This document shows positions 28,995-38,400 of a stretch of DNA of 64,000 nt, in pieces. Numbering within the stretch: position 1 is the first letter of the stretch; the number at the start of each line of letters is the position of its first letter. The notes beneath the pieces were generated by a model. That model was not told where the DNA came from. It did not search any database and saw only the letters and a program-made list of their open reading frames with translations. The DNA comes from Gammaproteobacteria bacterium (GTDB lineage: Bacteria; Pseudomonadota; Gammaproteobacteria; Magnimaribacterales; AG-339-G14). The position numbers were made by a program, and so were the translations under genes. The stretch lies in the NCBI GenBank assembly GCA_045564455.1, contig JBJLHG010000002.1:679877-743876 (forward strand), given 5' to 3'.

Positions 28995-30119
28995 CTAGAA
29001 ACCTGTAAGTTCAGCGTATCTATTTCTATGATATTCAGAATTTCCAAATGTTTGTTCAGCAACTCTAGCTCTTTTCATAAAGAGACCTATATCATATTCG
29101 TCAGTTACTCCAACTCCTCCATGCATTTGGACACTTTCGTTTGAAATATTAAAAAAAGCTTCACCAATTTTGGATTTAGCTAAACTTACCACTCTTTGTA
29201 TGTCATTCGAGCCTTCATCAAAAGCGGTAATGGCTTCTAACACACAAGACTTGCATAGCTCTAAGTCAGTAAACATTAGAGCAGCTCTGTGTTGTAAAGC
29301 TTGAAAAGAACCAATTTTCTGACCAAATTGTTCTCTCTCTTTAATATAATTAATAGTTATTTCAAAAGCCTCTAAGGCGCCTCCTAACATCTCTGCTGAA
29401 AGGACAGCTCTTCCTAAATCTAGAATTTTTTCTATAATTTCTTTAGCATTATTTTCAGATCCCAAAAGATTTTCCTCACTAATCTCTAAATTATCAAATT
29501 CTATATTTGCAGCATTTTTATGATCAACCATGGAAGTGGGTGTAATTTTCATTCCTTTAAGATCTTTATCGGCAATAAAAAGGGATATTCCTTCTTCAGA
29601 AGTTTTAGCTGCAATAATAATTTTATCGGCAAAACCTCCATCTATCACAAAAGTTTTTTTCCCATTTAGAATATATGAGCTTCCTTCTTTCTTTGCTTCA
29701 ACTTTAAGCGAAAAAGGATTGTGACGAGGGCCTTCCTCTAAAGCAAAAGCCATTGTTATATCGCCGGATACGATCTTAGATAGAAAATCTTTTTTTTGAT
29801 CATCATTGCCAGCTTCTTTGATTAGGCTCGCACAAATAACTCCAGTAGCAAAAAGAGGAGAGGGGGTAAGAGTTCTCCCTAATTCTTCCAAAACAACCCC
29901 AATACCTGCTACTCCAAAATTAGAACCACCATATTCCTCTGGAACTAAAATACCAGTCCAACCTTGCTGAGCCATTTCTTTCCAAACCGCTCTATCAAAA
30001 CATTCTGGATTTTCTGAATCTCTAATGCTTCGAAAATGTGTTGTTGGAGTTCTTTCTCGAGAAAACTTTTGAGCGGTATCTTTTAAAAAAGACTGTTCTT
30101 CACTTAAGGTTAATGCCAT
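28995..30119 (-). CDS. Acyl-CoA dehydrogenase family protein, apparently lacking the catalytic Glu (candidate non-catalytic subunit)
   Basis: ACAD fold (..QMHGGVGVTDEYDIGLFMKRAR..). By manual alignment the MCAD-type Glu position is F and the IVD-type position is G. Confidence 0.75.
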   Translation of the reverse strand: MALTLSEEQSFLKDTAQKFSRERTPTTHFRSIRDSENPECFDRAVWKEMAQQGWTGILVPEEYGGSNFGVAGIGVVLEELGRTLTPSPLFATGVICASLIKEAGNDDQKKDFLSKIVSGDITMAFALEEGPRHNPFSLKVEAKKEGSSYILNGKKTFVIDGGFADKIIIAAKTSEEGISLFIADKDLKGMKITPTSMVDHKNAANIEFDNLEISEENLLGSENNAKEIIEKILDLGRAVLSAEMLGGALEAFEITINYIKEREQFGQKIGSFQALQHRAALMFTDLELCKSCVLEAITAFDEGSNDIQRVVSLAKSKIGEAFFNISNESVQMHGGVGVTDEYDIGLFMKRARVAEQTFGNSEYHRNRYAELTGF

Positions 30120-30142
30120 TTCTTTCTCCTAATTAAAGTTTA

Positions 30143-31354
30143 TTATTGTTGAGGTAAATCTAAAACTCTTTTTGAAATAACATTCAATTGAACTTCAGAT
30201 GTTCCTCCTTCAATAGAATTAGCCTTTGTTCTTAACCAATCTCTGGTAATTGCAAGTTCTAAAGGATCAAACTCTCCACCTTCCCATCCAAGGCCTCGAG
30301 TGCCCATAGCTTCAATCATGATTTCATATTTACGTTTGTTATGTTCTGATCCAAAGTATTTAAAAATAGAAGTTGCAGCACTTGGCCCATGATTTGAGTT
30401 TTTAGACTCTTCTGAGACTCTTTTAAGTGTAAGGCTAAATGCATGACCGTCCATATCCGACTTTGCAATTTTTTGTCTAAGTCCCTCATCGGCAATTTTT
30501 CCATTATTTTCTTCAACATATTTTTTGGATAGATTAGCTAAACCAGATCCTGATTTGCCTTTAGATTTAGGCGAAGATCCGCCAGCACCCATGCTTGCAA
30601 GCATTTTTCTTTCATGTTGAAGAAGATTTTTTGCAACATCCCATCCTTTATTTAAATCATGAACTAAGTTTGTTTTTGGAACGACTGCATCTGTAAAAAA
30701 AGTTTCACAGAAAGGAGATTTTCCTGAAATAAGTTTAATAGGCTTTGTTTCAACACCAGGTTGATCCATGTCAATCAAGAGAAAACTAATACCATTATGC
30801 TTTGGCTCAAGAGGACCAGTTCTAACTAAAGTGAAAATCATATCGCATTCATCTGCATATGATGTCCAAACTTTTTGACCATTGACAATGAAGTTATCCC
30901 CATCTTCTATTGCTTTAGTTTTTAAGCTTGCTAGATCTGAACCAGCGCCTGGTTCACTATAGCCTTGGCACCATCTTATTTGACCTTTTACTATTTTTGG
31001 AATGTGTTCCATTTTTTGTTCATGAGAAGCGTATTCAAGAAGAGCAGGGCCTAACATCCATAGTCCAAAACTAGCTAGAGCCGGCCTAGCTCCTATTGCC
31101 AATAATTCTTCTCCAAGAATTTTATTTTCATCGTAACTTAAACCACCACCACCATATTCACTTGGCCATGTGGGCGCTGTCCAACCTTTTTCTCCCATTC
31201 TCTTAAGCCAAAGTTCTTGATCTGGGTGACTAAATTTACACTTTCTACCGCCCCAACACACTCCATCAGCAGACATCGGTTTTCTCATTTCAGGAGGGCA
31301 GTTTTCTTCAAGCCAATTTCTAGTATCTTCTCTAAAAGTATTTAAATCTGTCAT
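30143..31354 (-). CDS. Acyl-CoA dehydrogenase
   Basis: WCQGYSEPGAGSD, C-terminal SIEGGTSEVQ containing the expected catalytic Glu. 403 aa. Confidence 0.85.
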   Translation of the reverse strand: MTDLNTFREDTRNWLEENCPPEMRKPMSADGVCWGGRKCKFSHPDQELWLKRMGEKGWTAPTWPSEYGGGGLSYDENKILGEELLAIGARPALASFGLWMLGPALLEYASHEQKMEHIPKIVKGQIRWCQGYSEPGAGSDLASLKTKAIEDGDNFIVNGQKVWTSYADECDMIFTLVRTGPLEPKHNGISFLLIDMDQPGVETKPIKLISGKSPFCETFFTDAVVPKTNLVHDLNKGWDVAKNLLQHERKMLASMGAGGSSPKSKGKSGSGLANLSKKYVEENNGKIADEGLRQKIAKSDMDGHAFSLTLKRVSEESKNSNHGPSAATSIFKYFGSEHNKRKYEIMIEAMGTRGLGWEGGEFDPLELAITRDWLRTKANSIEGGTSEVQLNVISKRVLDLPQQ

Positions 31355-31460
31355 TTTTATCCTCTATATATATTTCTTAGTTGAGCAGTGATATAACTTA
31401 ATCTAAGCTTGACTTAGAATCAACTGAAAATTAGATCCTCTTAAACTTATAAATAAGCTA

Positions 31461-32180
31461 ATGAACTTAGATTTTTTCTTAAACAACCCTGAATGGCTTT
31501 GGGTAGCTACGGTCTTTTACGATTTATTAATGGCTGTAATACTTTTCTATTTTTTTGGGAAAGAGGGTCTGTATGCAGCCGTTATTTTAGGAATAGTACT
31601 AGGTAATTTGCAGGGAGGGAAAGTTAGTGATTTAAATATAATGGGATATACCTTTACAGTAAGTATGGGAGCAATAATGTACTCAGGAATATATTTCGCT
31701 ACAGACTTAATTAATGAAAAATATGGCAGAAAAGAGGCCAATAAAGCCGTAATACTTGGAGCTATAGCAAATATTGTAATAATGATTACTTTGCTTATAA
31801 GCACTTATTATTTACCCTCTGAGATTGCTAAATCCTCTGAAAAGGTGCACGAAGCTATTTCAACTCTGGCTTTTTACTCGCCAATATTTGTAATCGGCTC
31901 AATCAGCGCATACCTAATAAGTCAAACTTTTGATGTCTGGATTTTTCATAAATTAAAAGTAATTACAAGAGGTAAACATCTTTGGTTAAGAAATAATGTA
32001 TCTACTTTACTATCTCAAGCTTTAGATACTTTTATATATACATTTGTATGGGTATTGGCTGGAGAACTTACCTTCATTGTTGCTTTAAGCATTGCTTTAA
32101 CAAAATATATATTTAAAATTTTTATTGCCCTAATAGATACTTTATTTATTTATCTGGTCAAAGACATAAGAAATGCATAA
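31461..32180 (+). CDS. yhhQ: Queuosine-precursor transporter (YhhQ/DUF165 family)
   Basis: 239 aa, polytopic membrane protein, TDLINEKYG and SQxxDxxIF-type motifs as I recall for DUF165. Confidence 0.7.
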   Translation: MNLDFFLNNPEWLWVATVFYDLLMAVILFYFFGKEGLYAAVILGIVLGNLQGGKVSDLNIMGYTFTVSMGAIMYSGIYFATDLINEKYGRKEANKAVILGAIANIVIMITLLISTYYLPSEIAKSSEKVHEAISTLAFYSPIFVIGSISAYLISQTFDVWIFHKLKVITRGKHLWLRNNVSTLLSQALDTFIYTFVWVLAGELTFIVALSIALTKYIFKIFIALIDTLFIYLVKDIRNA

Positions 32181-32206
32181 TAATTAAGGCTATAAGACAT
32201 CGTAAA

Positions 32207-33055
32207 ATGAAAAAAATAGAAAAAATATCAATCATTCATTCAGTTTCTAGAAAATATCAAGGCGCATTGGATATTTGTGTAGAAGTTTTGAAAAATTCAA
32301 ATGTATCAATTTCGTCCATATCCTCAATTAGCTCGAATGATATCTATAAAGAAATTTCTGGAGAAAAAGTAGATTTAATTTTGGTTATCGGAGGCGATGG
32401 AACTATGATAAGCGCCATTGAAAGTTTATTAAATTTAAAAACACCTTTTTTAGGAATAAATATCGGAAAATTAGGTTTTTTAACAGATATTGATTTTGAT
32501 TCAATTTCTACTGAGCTCTCAAAAATTATAGCCGGAGAGCATGTTTCTGAAGAAAGGCCATTATTAGAACTATTGACTAGCAAAGGCATAAAAAAAGCTG
32601 CTGTGAATGAAATTGTTTTTCATTCTGAAAAAATAGCTCAAATGACAAGTTTTTCTATTTATCAAGAAGATAACTTAATTTCAAAACATAAATCTGATGG
32701 AGTCATAGTAAGTAGCGCAACAGGATCAACAGGTTATCTTTTTTCTGGAGGAGGACCAATTATTGATCCTACTTTATCAATATTTGCAATAATGCCTATG
32801 TTTTCACAAAGCGCCTCATCAAACCCTATGATTTTGACAGCTGATAAAAAAATAAAAATTAAACTTGAAAGTCAAAATAAGTCATTAATAGTGGTTGATG
32901 GTCATTTAGACTCAGATATTATTGAAGAATCACATATAACAATTTCTCAAAAAGATTCGACTTATACTTTAATTCACCCTTTGAATTATGATTACTTTGA
33001 GGCCTGCAGAACAAAGCTTTCTTGGGGTCTTCCATTAGTAAATATAGATGAATAA
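32207..33055 (+). CDS. nadK: NAD kinase
   Basis: GGDGTM motif, GxLGFL, SSATGSTGY NAD-kinase signatures. Confidence 0.85.
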   Translation: MKKIEKISIIHSVSRKYQGALDICVEVLKNSNVSISSISSISSNDIYKEISGEKVDLILVIGGDGTMISAIESLLNLKTPFLGINIGKLGFLTDIDFDSISTELSKIIAGEHVSEERPLLELLTSKGIKKAAVNEIVFHSEKIAQMTSFSIYQEDNLISKHKSDGVIVSSATGSTGYLFSGGGPIIDPTLSIFAIMPMFSQSASSNPMILTADKKIKIKLESQNKSLIVVDGHLDSDIIEESHITISQKDSTYTLIHPLNYDYFEACRTKLSWGLPLVNIDE

Positions 33056-33092
33056 AAATTTATTTTTTAAAATCTTATATCTGGATATTTAA

Positions 33093-34097
33093 TTGAATTT
33101 TAATAAACTGGCTTTAAATATTGCTCATTTTTTGCCTCCTGAAATGAGTAATAAGGTTTCTTTAGAGTCTTTAAAGCTTTTATATAAATTAAATATTTTA
33201 GAAAAAGCATTCTCTATTAAAAATTTTAAGATTAAACCTACGGAATTAATGGGATTAAGTTTTCCAAATAAAATTGGAGTAGCAGGAGGTCTTGATAAGA
33301 ACGCAAATTATTTTCATATTTTAGGCCAGCTTGGTTTTGGTTTTGTTGAGGTCGGAACTATAACTTTAAAGCCTCAAAAGGGTAATCCCAAACCAAGAAT
33401 TCATAGATTTGCCAAAGACAAAAGTATAGTAAATTCCTTAGGATTCAATAATGTTGGAGTTTTTCAGGCTTTAAAAAATATAGAAAAAAATAAGACGAAT
33501 TTCAAAGGCATATTAGGCGTTAGCTTGGGTAAAGGGAAAGAGATTTTGAATGAAAGGGCGCATGAAGATTATTTGCACTTAATGGATTATTTATATGATG
33601 TCTCAGATTACCTAGCGATAAATATATCTTCTCCAAATACTGCTGATTTAAGAGATTTAACTCTAAATGATTTTTTTAACAAATTAATAGATAAAATTAT
33701 GAACAAGTCCGAGCAGTTGAGCGGGGGATCAAAACAAAAAAAGCCAATAATAATTAAAATTTCACCAAATGAATCAAAAGAAAACCTTGAAAAAATTATT
33801 AATTACTCTTTAGAAAGTAATGTTAATGGTTTTATTGTAACAAATACATCTGTGGATCATAAATATAATATTCCTGGCGGGGTCAGCGGGTTGCCTTTAA
33901 AGTTTAAAGCAAGTGAATGTTTAAAATTTGTTAGGTCAATTACAGGGCCGACAGTTACATTAATAGGCTCTGGTGGATTGATGTCAGAAGAGGATGTTAA
34001 GGAAAGATTCATTATGTCTGCAGATCTAATTCAGCTTTATTCAGGATTTATTTTTAAAGGGAATGATTTGCTTCAGGATTGCCTAAAAATTCAATAA
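33093..34097 (+). CDS. pyrD: Dihydroorotate dehydrogenase (quinone), class 2
   Basis: TTG start. GVAGGLDKN, GFVEVGTIT, NISSPNT, GSGG..QLYSGFIFKG align with E. coli PyrD. Confidence 0.85.
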   Translation: MNFNKLALNIAHFLPPEMSNKVSLESLKLLYKLNILEKAFSIKNFKIKPTELMGLSFPNKIGVAGGLDKNANYFHILGQLGFGFVEVGTITLKPQKGNPKPRIHRFAKDKSIVNSLGFNNVGVFQALKNIEKNKTNFKGILGVSLGKGKEILNERAHEDYLHLMDYLYDVSDYLAINISSPNTADLRDLTLNDFFNKLIDKIMNKSEQLSGGSKQKKPIIIKISPNESKENLEKIINYSLESNVNGFIVTNTSVDHKYNIPGGVSGLPLKFKASECLKFVRSITGPTVTLIGSGGLMSEEDVKERFIMSADLIQLYSGFIFKGNDLLQDCLKIQ

Positions 34098-34138
34098 GGC
34101 TTGACAAATTAATAACAAATATCAGATATTAAAAAGGA

Positions 34139-36712
34139 ATGAAAAATTTAGTAATTGTTGAGTCAGGTGCTAAAGCATCAAAAATAACAGGCTATTTAGA
34201 AGCAAATTTTCCTAATGAAAATTGGCAAGTAAAGGCTTGCCTAGGGCATATTAGAGATCTGCCAGATGATGAGAAGGCAGTAAATCCAGATGATTGGACA
34301 GACTTGAAATGGCAAGAAACACCTAAAGGAAAAAAAACCATAAAAGAGATAAGAAAAATTTGCAAAGAGGTAGATTGTGTCTATTTAGCTACAGATCCAG
34401 ATAGAGAGGGAGAAGCTATATCATGGCATTTATATGCAGATTTTGAAAAAAAGAAGCTTTTAGATAATCTTCAAATAAAAAGAATTACCTTTAATGAAAT
34501 TACTTCATCTGCTATCAAATTAGCAATTGAAAGCCCTCGAGAGATTGATCAAAATATGGTCGATGCTTATTTAACAAGAAGAATTCTTGATCATTTAATA
34601 GGATTTAAAGTTTCGCCATTCCTTTGGCGTCATATTTCTAGAGCTAAATCTGCAGGAAGAGTTCAATCTCCTTCTCTAAGAATTATTTGCGAAAGAGAAG
34701 ATGAAAGAGACGCTCATAGAGCAGAAGAATACTGGCCAATATCTACCAAGTTTGAATTTGAGGGGGCTTTGCTCGAAGCAGACTTGATTAGTATAGGAGA
34801 TGTTAACTTATCTAAAAATCCAGTTAATAACGAAAAAAAAGTCAAGACTATTTTAACGGAAATAGATAATTCAATTTTTTCTATTTCTGAAATCCAAACA
34901 AAACCTCAATCACGATCTCCTAAAGCGCCATTTAGAACATCAACTCTCCAAATGTCGGCAGCAAGTAGCCTTGGATATACCGCTGATAGAACAATGAGAG
35001 CAGCTCAAAATTTGTATGAGGCAGGATTAATAACTTATTTACGAACAGATGGTATTTCTATTAGCACCTCACCAAATACTGGAGAACCTTTTTCTGAAGA
35101 AAATCCAGGGCCTCCTCCTTTGCAAGAAATAAGAAATCTTATAAAAAATGATTTTAGTGAATCTTACCTTTCAGAAAACGTTAGGATTTTTAAATCAAAA
35201 GTCCAAAATTCTCAGGAAGCACACGAAGCTATTAGACCAACAAATATTTCATTAACACCTAAAAAAGTTAATCTAAATCAAGATGATCAAAAATTATATG
35301 AATTAATTTGGAATAGGACAGTTGCAAGCCAAATGAGCAATTCACAACATGAAAGAAAAACACTTCATTTGAAATCTGAAGATAATAAATATGCATTCAG
35401 AGCTTCTTCGAGAAAGAGCATTTTTTTAGGATATGAAGTATTAACTAATGAAGATGATGAAACTGAATTTCAATTCCCAGAAAATTTAAAAGAAGGAGTA
35501 TCTTTAAAATTAATTGAAAAAAATGCAGAGCAAAAGTATACCCTTCCTCCAAATAGATTCTCTGAAGCTTCCTTAATAAAGAAAATGGAAGAAGAAGGGA
35601 TAGGAAGGCCTTCAACATATGCTTCAACTGTAAAAAGCTTAAGAGATAAAAAATATGCTTATGGTGCAAAATCTATTACTCCATCGGACCTAGGAAGAGT
35701 TTTAACTTCATATTTAAAATCAATTTTTAAGGATTTTTTTATTGAAACTAAGTTCACTGCTGAACTGGAAAGTAAGTTAGATGAAATTGCAGCAGGTAAT
35801 GAATCTTGGCAAGACGTATTGGATGATTTTTGGAAAGATTTGCAAAGTTACCTAAATAGAAAGATAGACGATATAGAAATAAGTAATAAAGACGAATTCA
35901 AAACAAGACAAGTTCTAGACCTTTTAAACAAGGAACTTCATGATGTAATTTTTCCAAAAAAACAAGATGGAAAAATTACTAGAGAATGTCCAAAATGCTC
36001 TGCAGAAGTCAGTTTAAAATCTGGTTCTTGGGGTTATTTTGTAGGGTGTTCGGAATGCAAATGGACTAAAAAACCATTTGATTTTAGTCTTGACTGGGAG
36101 ACTTACCAAGTTTTACCAAAGGATTTAGGAAATCATCCTGAATATAGAGATTCAATCTTTGCCGATATTAGTATTAATGGACCTTGTGTTTGGACTCTGA
36201 AGGATGAAAAAAAAATCTACGGATCCCTTGATGATGATGAAAGGCTTTTGGATATAGGTTTGAACAGAGCTGTAGAGTTAATTGAAAGAGATTCTGGAGA
36301 GCATATATTATTCACTGAAAAAAATAGTGGTATTCCAGTTTTACTTAAAAATGGAAGGTTTGGAGAGTACACTGAATTTGATGGTTTTAATAAAGCTACT
36401 AAATTACCACCTGAAAATAAACCTAAAAATCCAAAAGTTTCCTATTACAATCCTCACGAGATGGATTATGAAAATATAGATACAAGATTATTTGTTTTAA
36501 AAACATTAAGAATAATTGGATTTCATCCAGAAACAAATCAGCCTATAGGAATTAAAATTAGAAAGCCTGGAAAAGCCTTTAAGTTTGTTAAGTACATAAA
36601 ATGCGGCGAAAAAGAGATTGAGTGCCCAAGCAATTTTTATAAATTAGAAGAAAAAGAACAAAAAGACTTAGTAAAAGAAGCTTTAGAGCTGGAGGATTTT
36701 AAAGTTATTTAA
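34139..36712 (+). CDS. topA: DNA topoisomerase I
   Basis: Toprim start LVIVESGAKA, DPDREGEAI, active-site LITYLRTDG, C-terminal Cys4 zinc ribbon. 857 aa. Confidence 0.95.
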   Translation: MKNLVIVESGAKASKITGYLEANFPNENWQVKACLGHIRDLPDDEKAVNPDDWTDLKWQETPKGKKTIKEIRKICKEVDCVYLATDPDREGEAISWHLYADFEKKKLLDNLQIKRITFNEITSSAIKLAIESPREIDQNMVDAYLTRRILDHLIGFKVSPFLWRHISRAKSAGRVQSPSLRIICEREDERDAHRAEEYWPISTKFEFEGALLEADLISIGDVNLSKNPVNNEKKVKTILTEIDNSIFSISEIQTKPQSRSPKAPFRTSTLQMSAASSLGYTADRTMRAAQNLYEAGLITYLRTDGISISTSPNTGEPFSEENPGPPPLQEIRNLIKNDFSESYLSENVRIFKSKVQNSQEAHEAIRPTNISLTPKKVNLNQDDQKLYELIWNRTVASQMSNSQHERKTLHLKSEDNKYAFRASSRKSIFLGYEVLTNEDDETEFQFPENLKEGVSLKLIEKNAEQKYTLPPNRFSEASLIKKMEEEGIGRPSTYASTVKSLRDKKYAYGAKSITPSDLGRVLTSYLKSIFKDFFIETKFTAELESKLDEIAAGNESWQDVLDDFWKDLQSYLNRKIDDIEISNKDEFKTRQVLDLLNKELHDVIFPKKQDGKITRECPKCSAEVSLKSGSWGYFVGCSECKWTKKPFDFSLDWETYQVLPKDLGNHPEYRDSIFADISINGPCVWTLKDEKKIYGSLDDDERLLDIGLNRAVELIERDSGEHILFTEKNSGIPVLLKNGRFGEYTEFDGFNKATKLPPENKPKNPKVSYYNPHEMDYENIDTRLFVLKTLRIIGFHPETNQPIGIKIRKPGKAFKFVKYIKCGEKEIECPSNFYKLEEKEQKDLVKEALELEDFKVI

Positions 36713-37311
36713 GAAAAGTCTCTGAGAAGTCCTACGCAAGTTCCTTCAAATGCAACATTCTCCTTTTTAGGATTTACTTCAATATTAGAGTATTTAGAGT
36801 TTTCTGGTTTTAACACTACTAAATCAGCAGAAATACTTTCCAAAGTTTTAACTGTTACTTCGTCATTTATTCTAGCAATAACAATAGAGCCTTTCTTAAC
36901 ATCCACCTTTTTGTTAACGGCAATTAGATCGTTTTCTAAAATTCCTACTTCTACCATGCTGTCACCCTTAACTCTTAAATAATAATCCACACCATGAGAC
37001 ATAATATTTTGAGTAGAAGGAATATGTTTTTCTATATTTTCTTGAGCTAAAATAGGCCCTCCAGCACTCACAAGGCCAATTACAGGAATACCCAAGTCTT
37101 CCATATTTAGAGATATTCCTCTTGAAGTTCCAGATATCATATCTATAGCTCCTTTCTTTTTTAAAGCTTTTAGATGATCTTCAGCAGCGTTAGGAGATTT
37201 AAATCCAAAAAATTTTGCTATCTCTGATCTAGTAGGAGGGTAACCATTAATTTCAACTTGGTTTTTAATAAAGCTAAAAATTTCTTCTTGTCTTTTTGTT
37301 AAATTATCCAT
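36709..37311 (-). CDS. lexA: LexA repressor
   Basis: LTKRQEEIF..GYPPTRSEIA wHTH, cleavage-site region VSAGGP, S24 motifs GDSM and K (VTVKTL). Own SOS box immediately upstream. Confidence 0.95.
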   Translation of the reverse strand: MDNLTKRQEEIFSFIKNQVEINGYPPTRSEIAKFFGFKSPNAAEDHLKALKKKGAIDMISGTSRGISLNMEDLGIPVIGLVSAGGPILAQENIEKHIPSTQNIMSHGVDYYLRVKGDSMVEVGILENDLIAVNKKVDVKKGSIVIARINDEVTVKTLESISADLVVLKPENSKYSNIEVNPKKENVAFEGTCVGLLRDFS

Positions 37312-37331
37312 TACTGTAATTATATACAGTA
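37312..37331. promoter_or_regulatory. SOS box (LexA operator) TACTGTAATTATATACAGTA
   Basis: Perfect CTGT-N8-ACAG palindrome (gammaproteobacterial consensus TACTGT-N8-ACAGTA). Its edge is the base adjacent to the lexA ATG. Confidence 0.85.
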
Positions 37332-37346
37332 ATTATTATTTGTCAC
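37319..37346 (-). promoter_or_regulatory. Candidate sigma70 promoter of lexA (GTGACA-16 nt-TATAAT) placing the TSS at or next to the ATG
   Basis: On the minus strand: -35 GTGACA (37346-37341), 16-nt spacer, -10 TATAAT (37324-37319) inside the SOS box. Only 7 nt separate the -10 from the ATG, and there is no SD. Confidence 0.5.
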
Positions 37347-37422
37347 TTTATTTGCTATTTCTTATATTATGAAAAGTTGTTAAAATAATTTTTAATATAT
37401 CAATATGAAATAACTAAAAAAT

Positions 37423-38397
37423 ATGAAATTCCAACAATTAGTTTATGTGAGAGAAGTAGCTCGATGTAACTTAAATGTTTCACAAGCATCGAAGGTTTTA
37501 TACACATCTCAACCTGGGATAAGCAAACAAATTAAATTACTTGAAGAGGAATTAGGTATTGAGCTTTTCGAAAGATCTGGAAAACACTTAGTGAGTATTA
37601 CGCCGGTTGGAGAAAAAATACTTACTCAGATAGAAGAGATTTTAGCTCTTGTTGATGGCATCAAACATGCTGCAACAGAGTTTTCGGACGAAGATTATGG
37701 CACTTTAAGTATTGCTACAACTCATACTCAAGCTAAATTTACCTTACCTTCTGTAGTAGATAAATTTGTAAAAAAATATCCAAACGTTCATTTCCAAATG
37801 CATCAGTGTACTCCTGATGAGTCAGTCGAAATGGCATCCAGAGGAGAAGTAGATATAGCCTTATGGACAGAAACAGCAGAAAAAGGAGAAAATTTAATTA
37901 AGCTGCCTTGTTATAAATGGTCGAGAAGTGCAATAGTTCCTAAAGGGCATCCCTTAACAAAAATTCCTAAAATCAAACTTAAAGATTTAGCAAATTATCC
38001 TATTGTTACTTACGTATTTGGTTTTACTGGGAGTAATGACCTAGACAGAGCTTTTTTTGAAAGAGGTTTAAAAGCAAATGTAGTTTTTACTGCTACCGAT
38101 GCAGATGTTATAAAAACTTACGTTAAGATGGGTACCGGTGTAGGGATTATTGCGAGCATGGCTTTCAATGAAGAAGAAGACAGTGATTTGGTCAGTATTA
38201 ACGCCAATCATCTATTTGATTCTGGAACTACTTATATGGGGTTCAGAAGAGGAACCTATCTCAGAAGCCATTTATTTGAATTTATAAATATGTTTGCTCC
38301 TCACTTGAAAAAAGAATTAGTTGCTAAAGCTTGCGCAACAAAATCAAAAAAAGACTTAGACAAGGTTTTTGATTCTATAAAACTATTAAGGAGATAA
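37423..38397 (+). CDS. cysB: LysR-family regulator, CysB/Cbl-like
   Basis: MKFQQL.YVREV...NLNVSQASKVLYTSQPGISKQIKLLEEELGIELFERSGKHL is very close to the E. coli CysB N-terminus as recalled. topA-cysB adjacency also occurs in E. coli. Confidence 0.75.
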   Translation: MKFQQLVYVREVARCNLNVSQASKVLYTSQPGISKQIKLLEEELGIELFERSGKHLVSITPVGEKILTQIEEILALVDGIKHAATEFSDEDYGTLSIATTHTQAKFTLPSVVDKFVKKYPNVHFQMHQCTPDESVEMASRGEVDIALWTETAEKGENLIKLPCYKWSRSAIVPKGHPLTKIPKIKLKDLANYPIVTYVFGFTGSNDLDRAFFERGLKANVVFTATDADVIKTYVKMGTGVGIIASMAFNEEEDSDLVSINANHLFDSGTTYMGFRRGTYLRSHLFEFINMFAPHLKKELVAKACATKSKKDLDKVFDSIKLLRR

Positions 38398-38400
38398 ACC

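Noticed and set aside
31426-31460. Possible preQ1 riboswitch upstream of yhhQ, which is a common association in some bacteria.
   Set aside because: There is an A-rich tail, but no P1 stem (no AGAGG/CCUCU-type pairing in the right orientation) and no pseudoknot partner.
32303-32335. ISSISSISS peptide repeat near the N-terminus of NadK.
   Set aside because: The codons differ between units, so it is not a DNA tandem repeat. It is a short low-complexity linker of no evident significance.
34101-34129. Perfect -35 hexamer TTGACA upstream of topA.
   Set aside because: No convincing -10 lies at 16-18 nt (AGATAT/GATATT), so a promoter call would be speculative.
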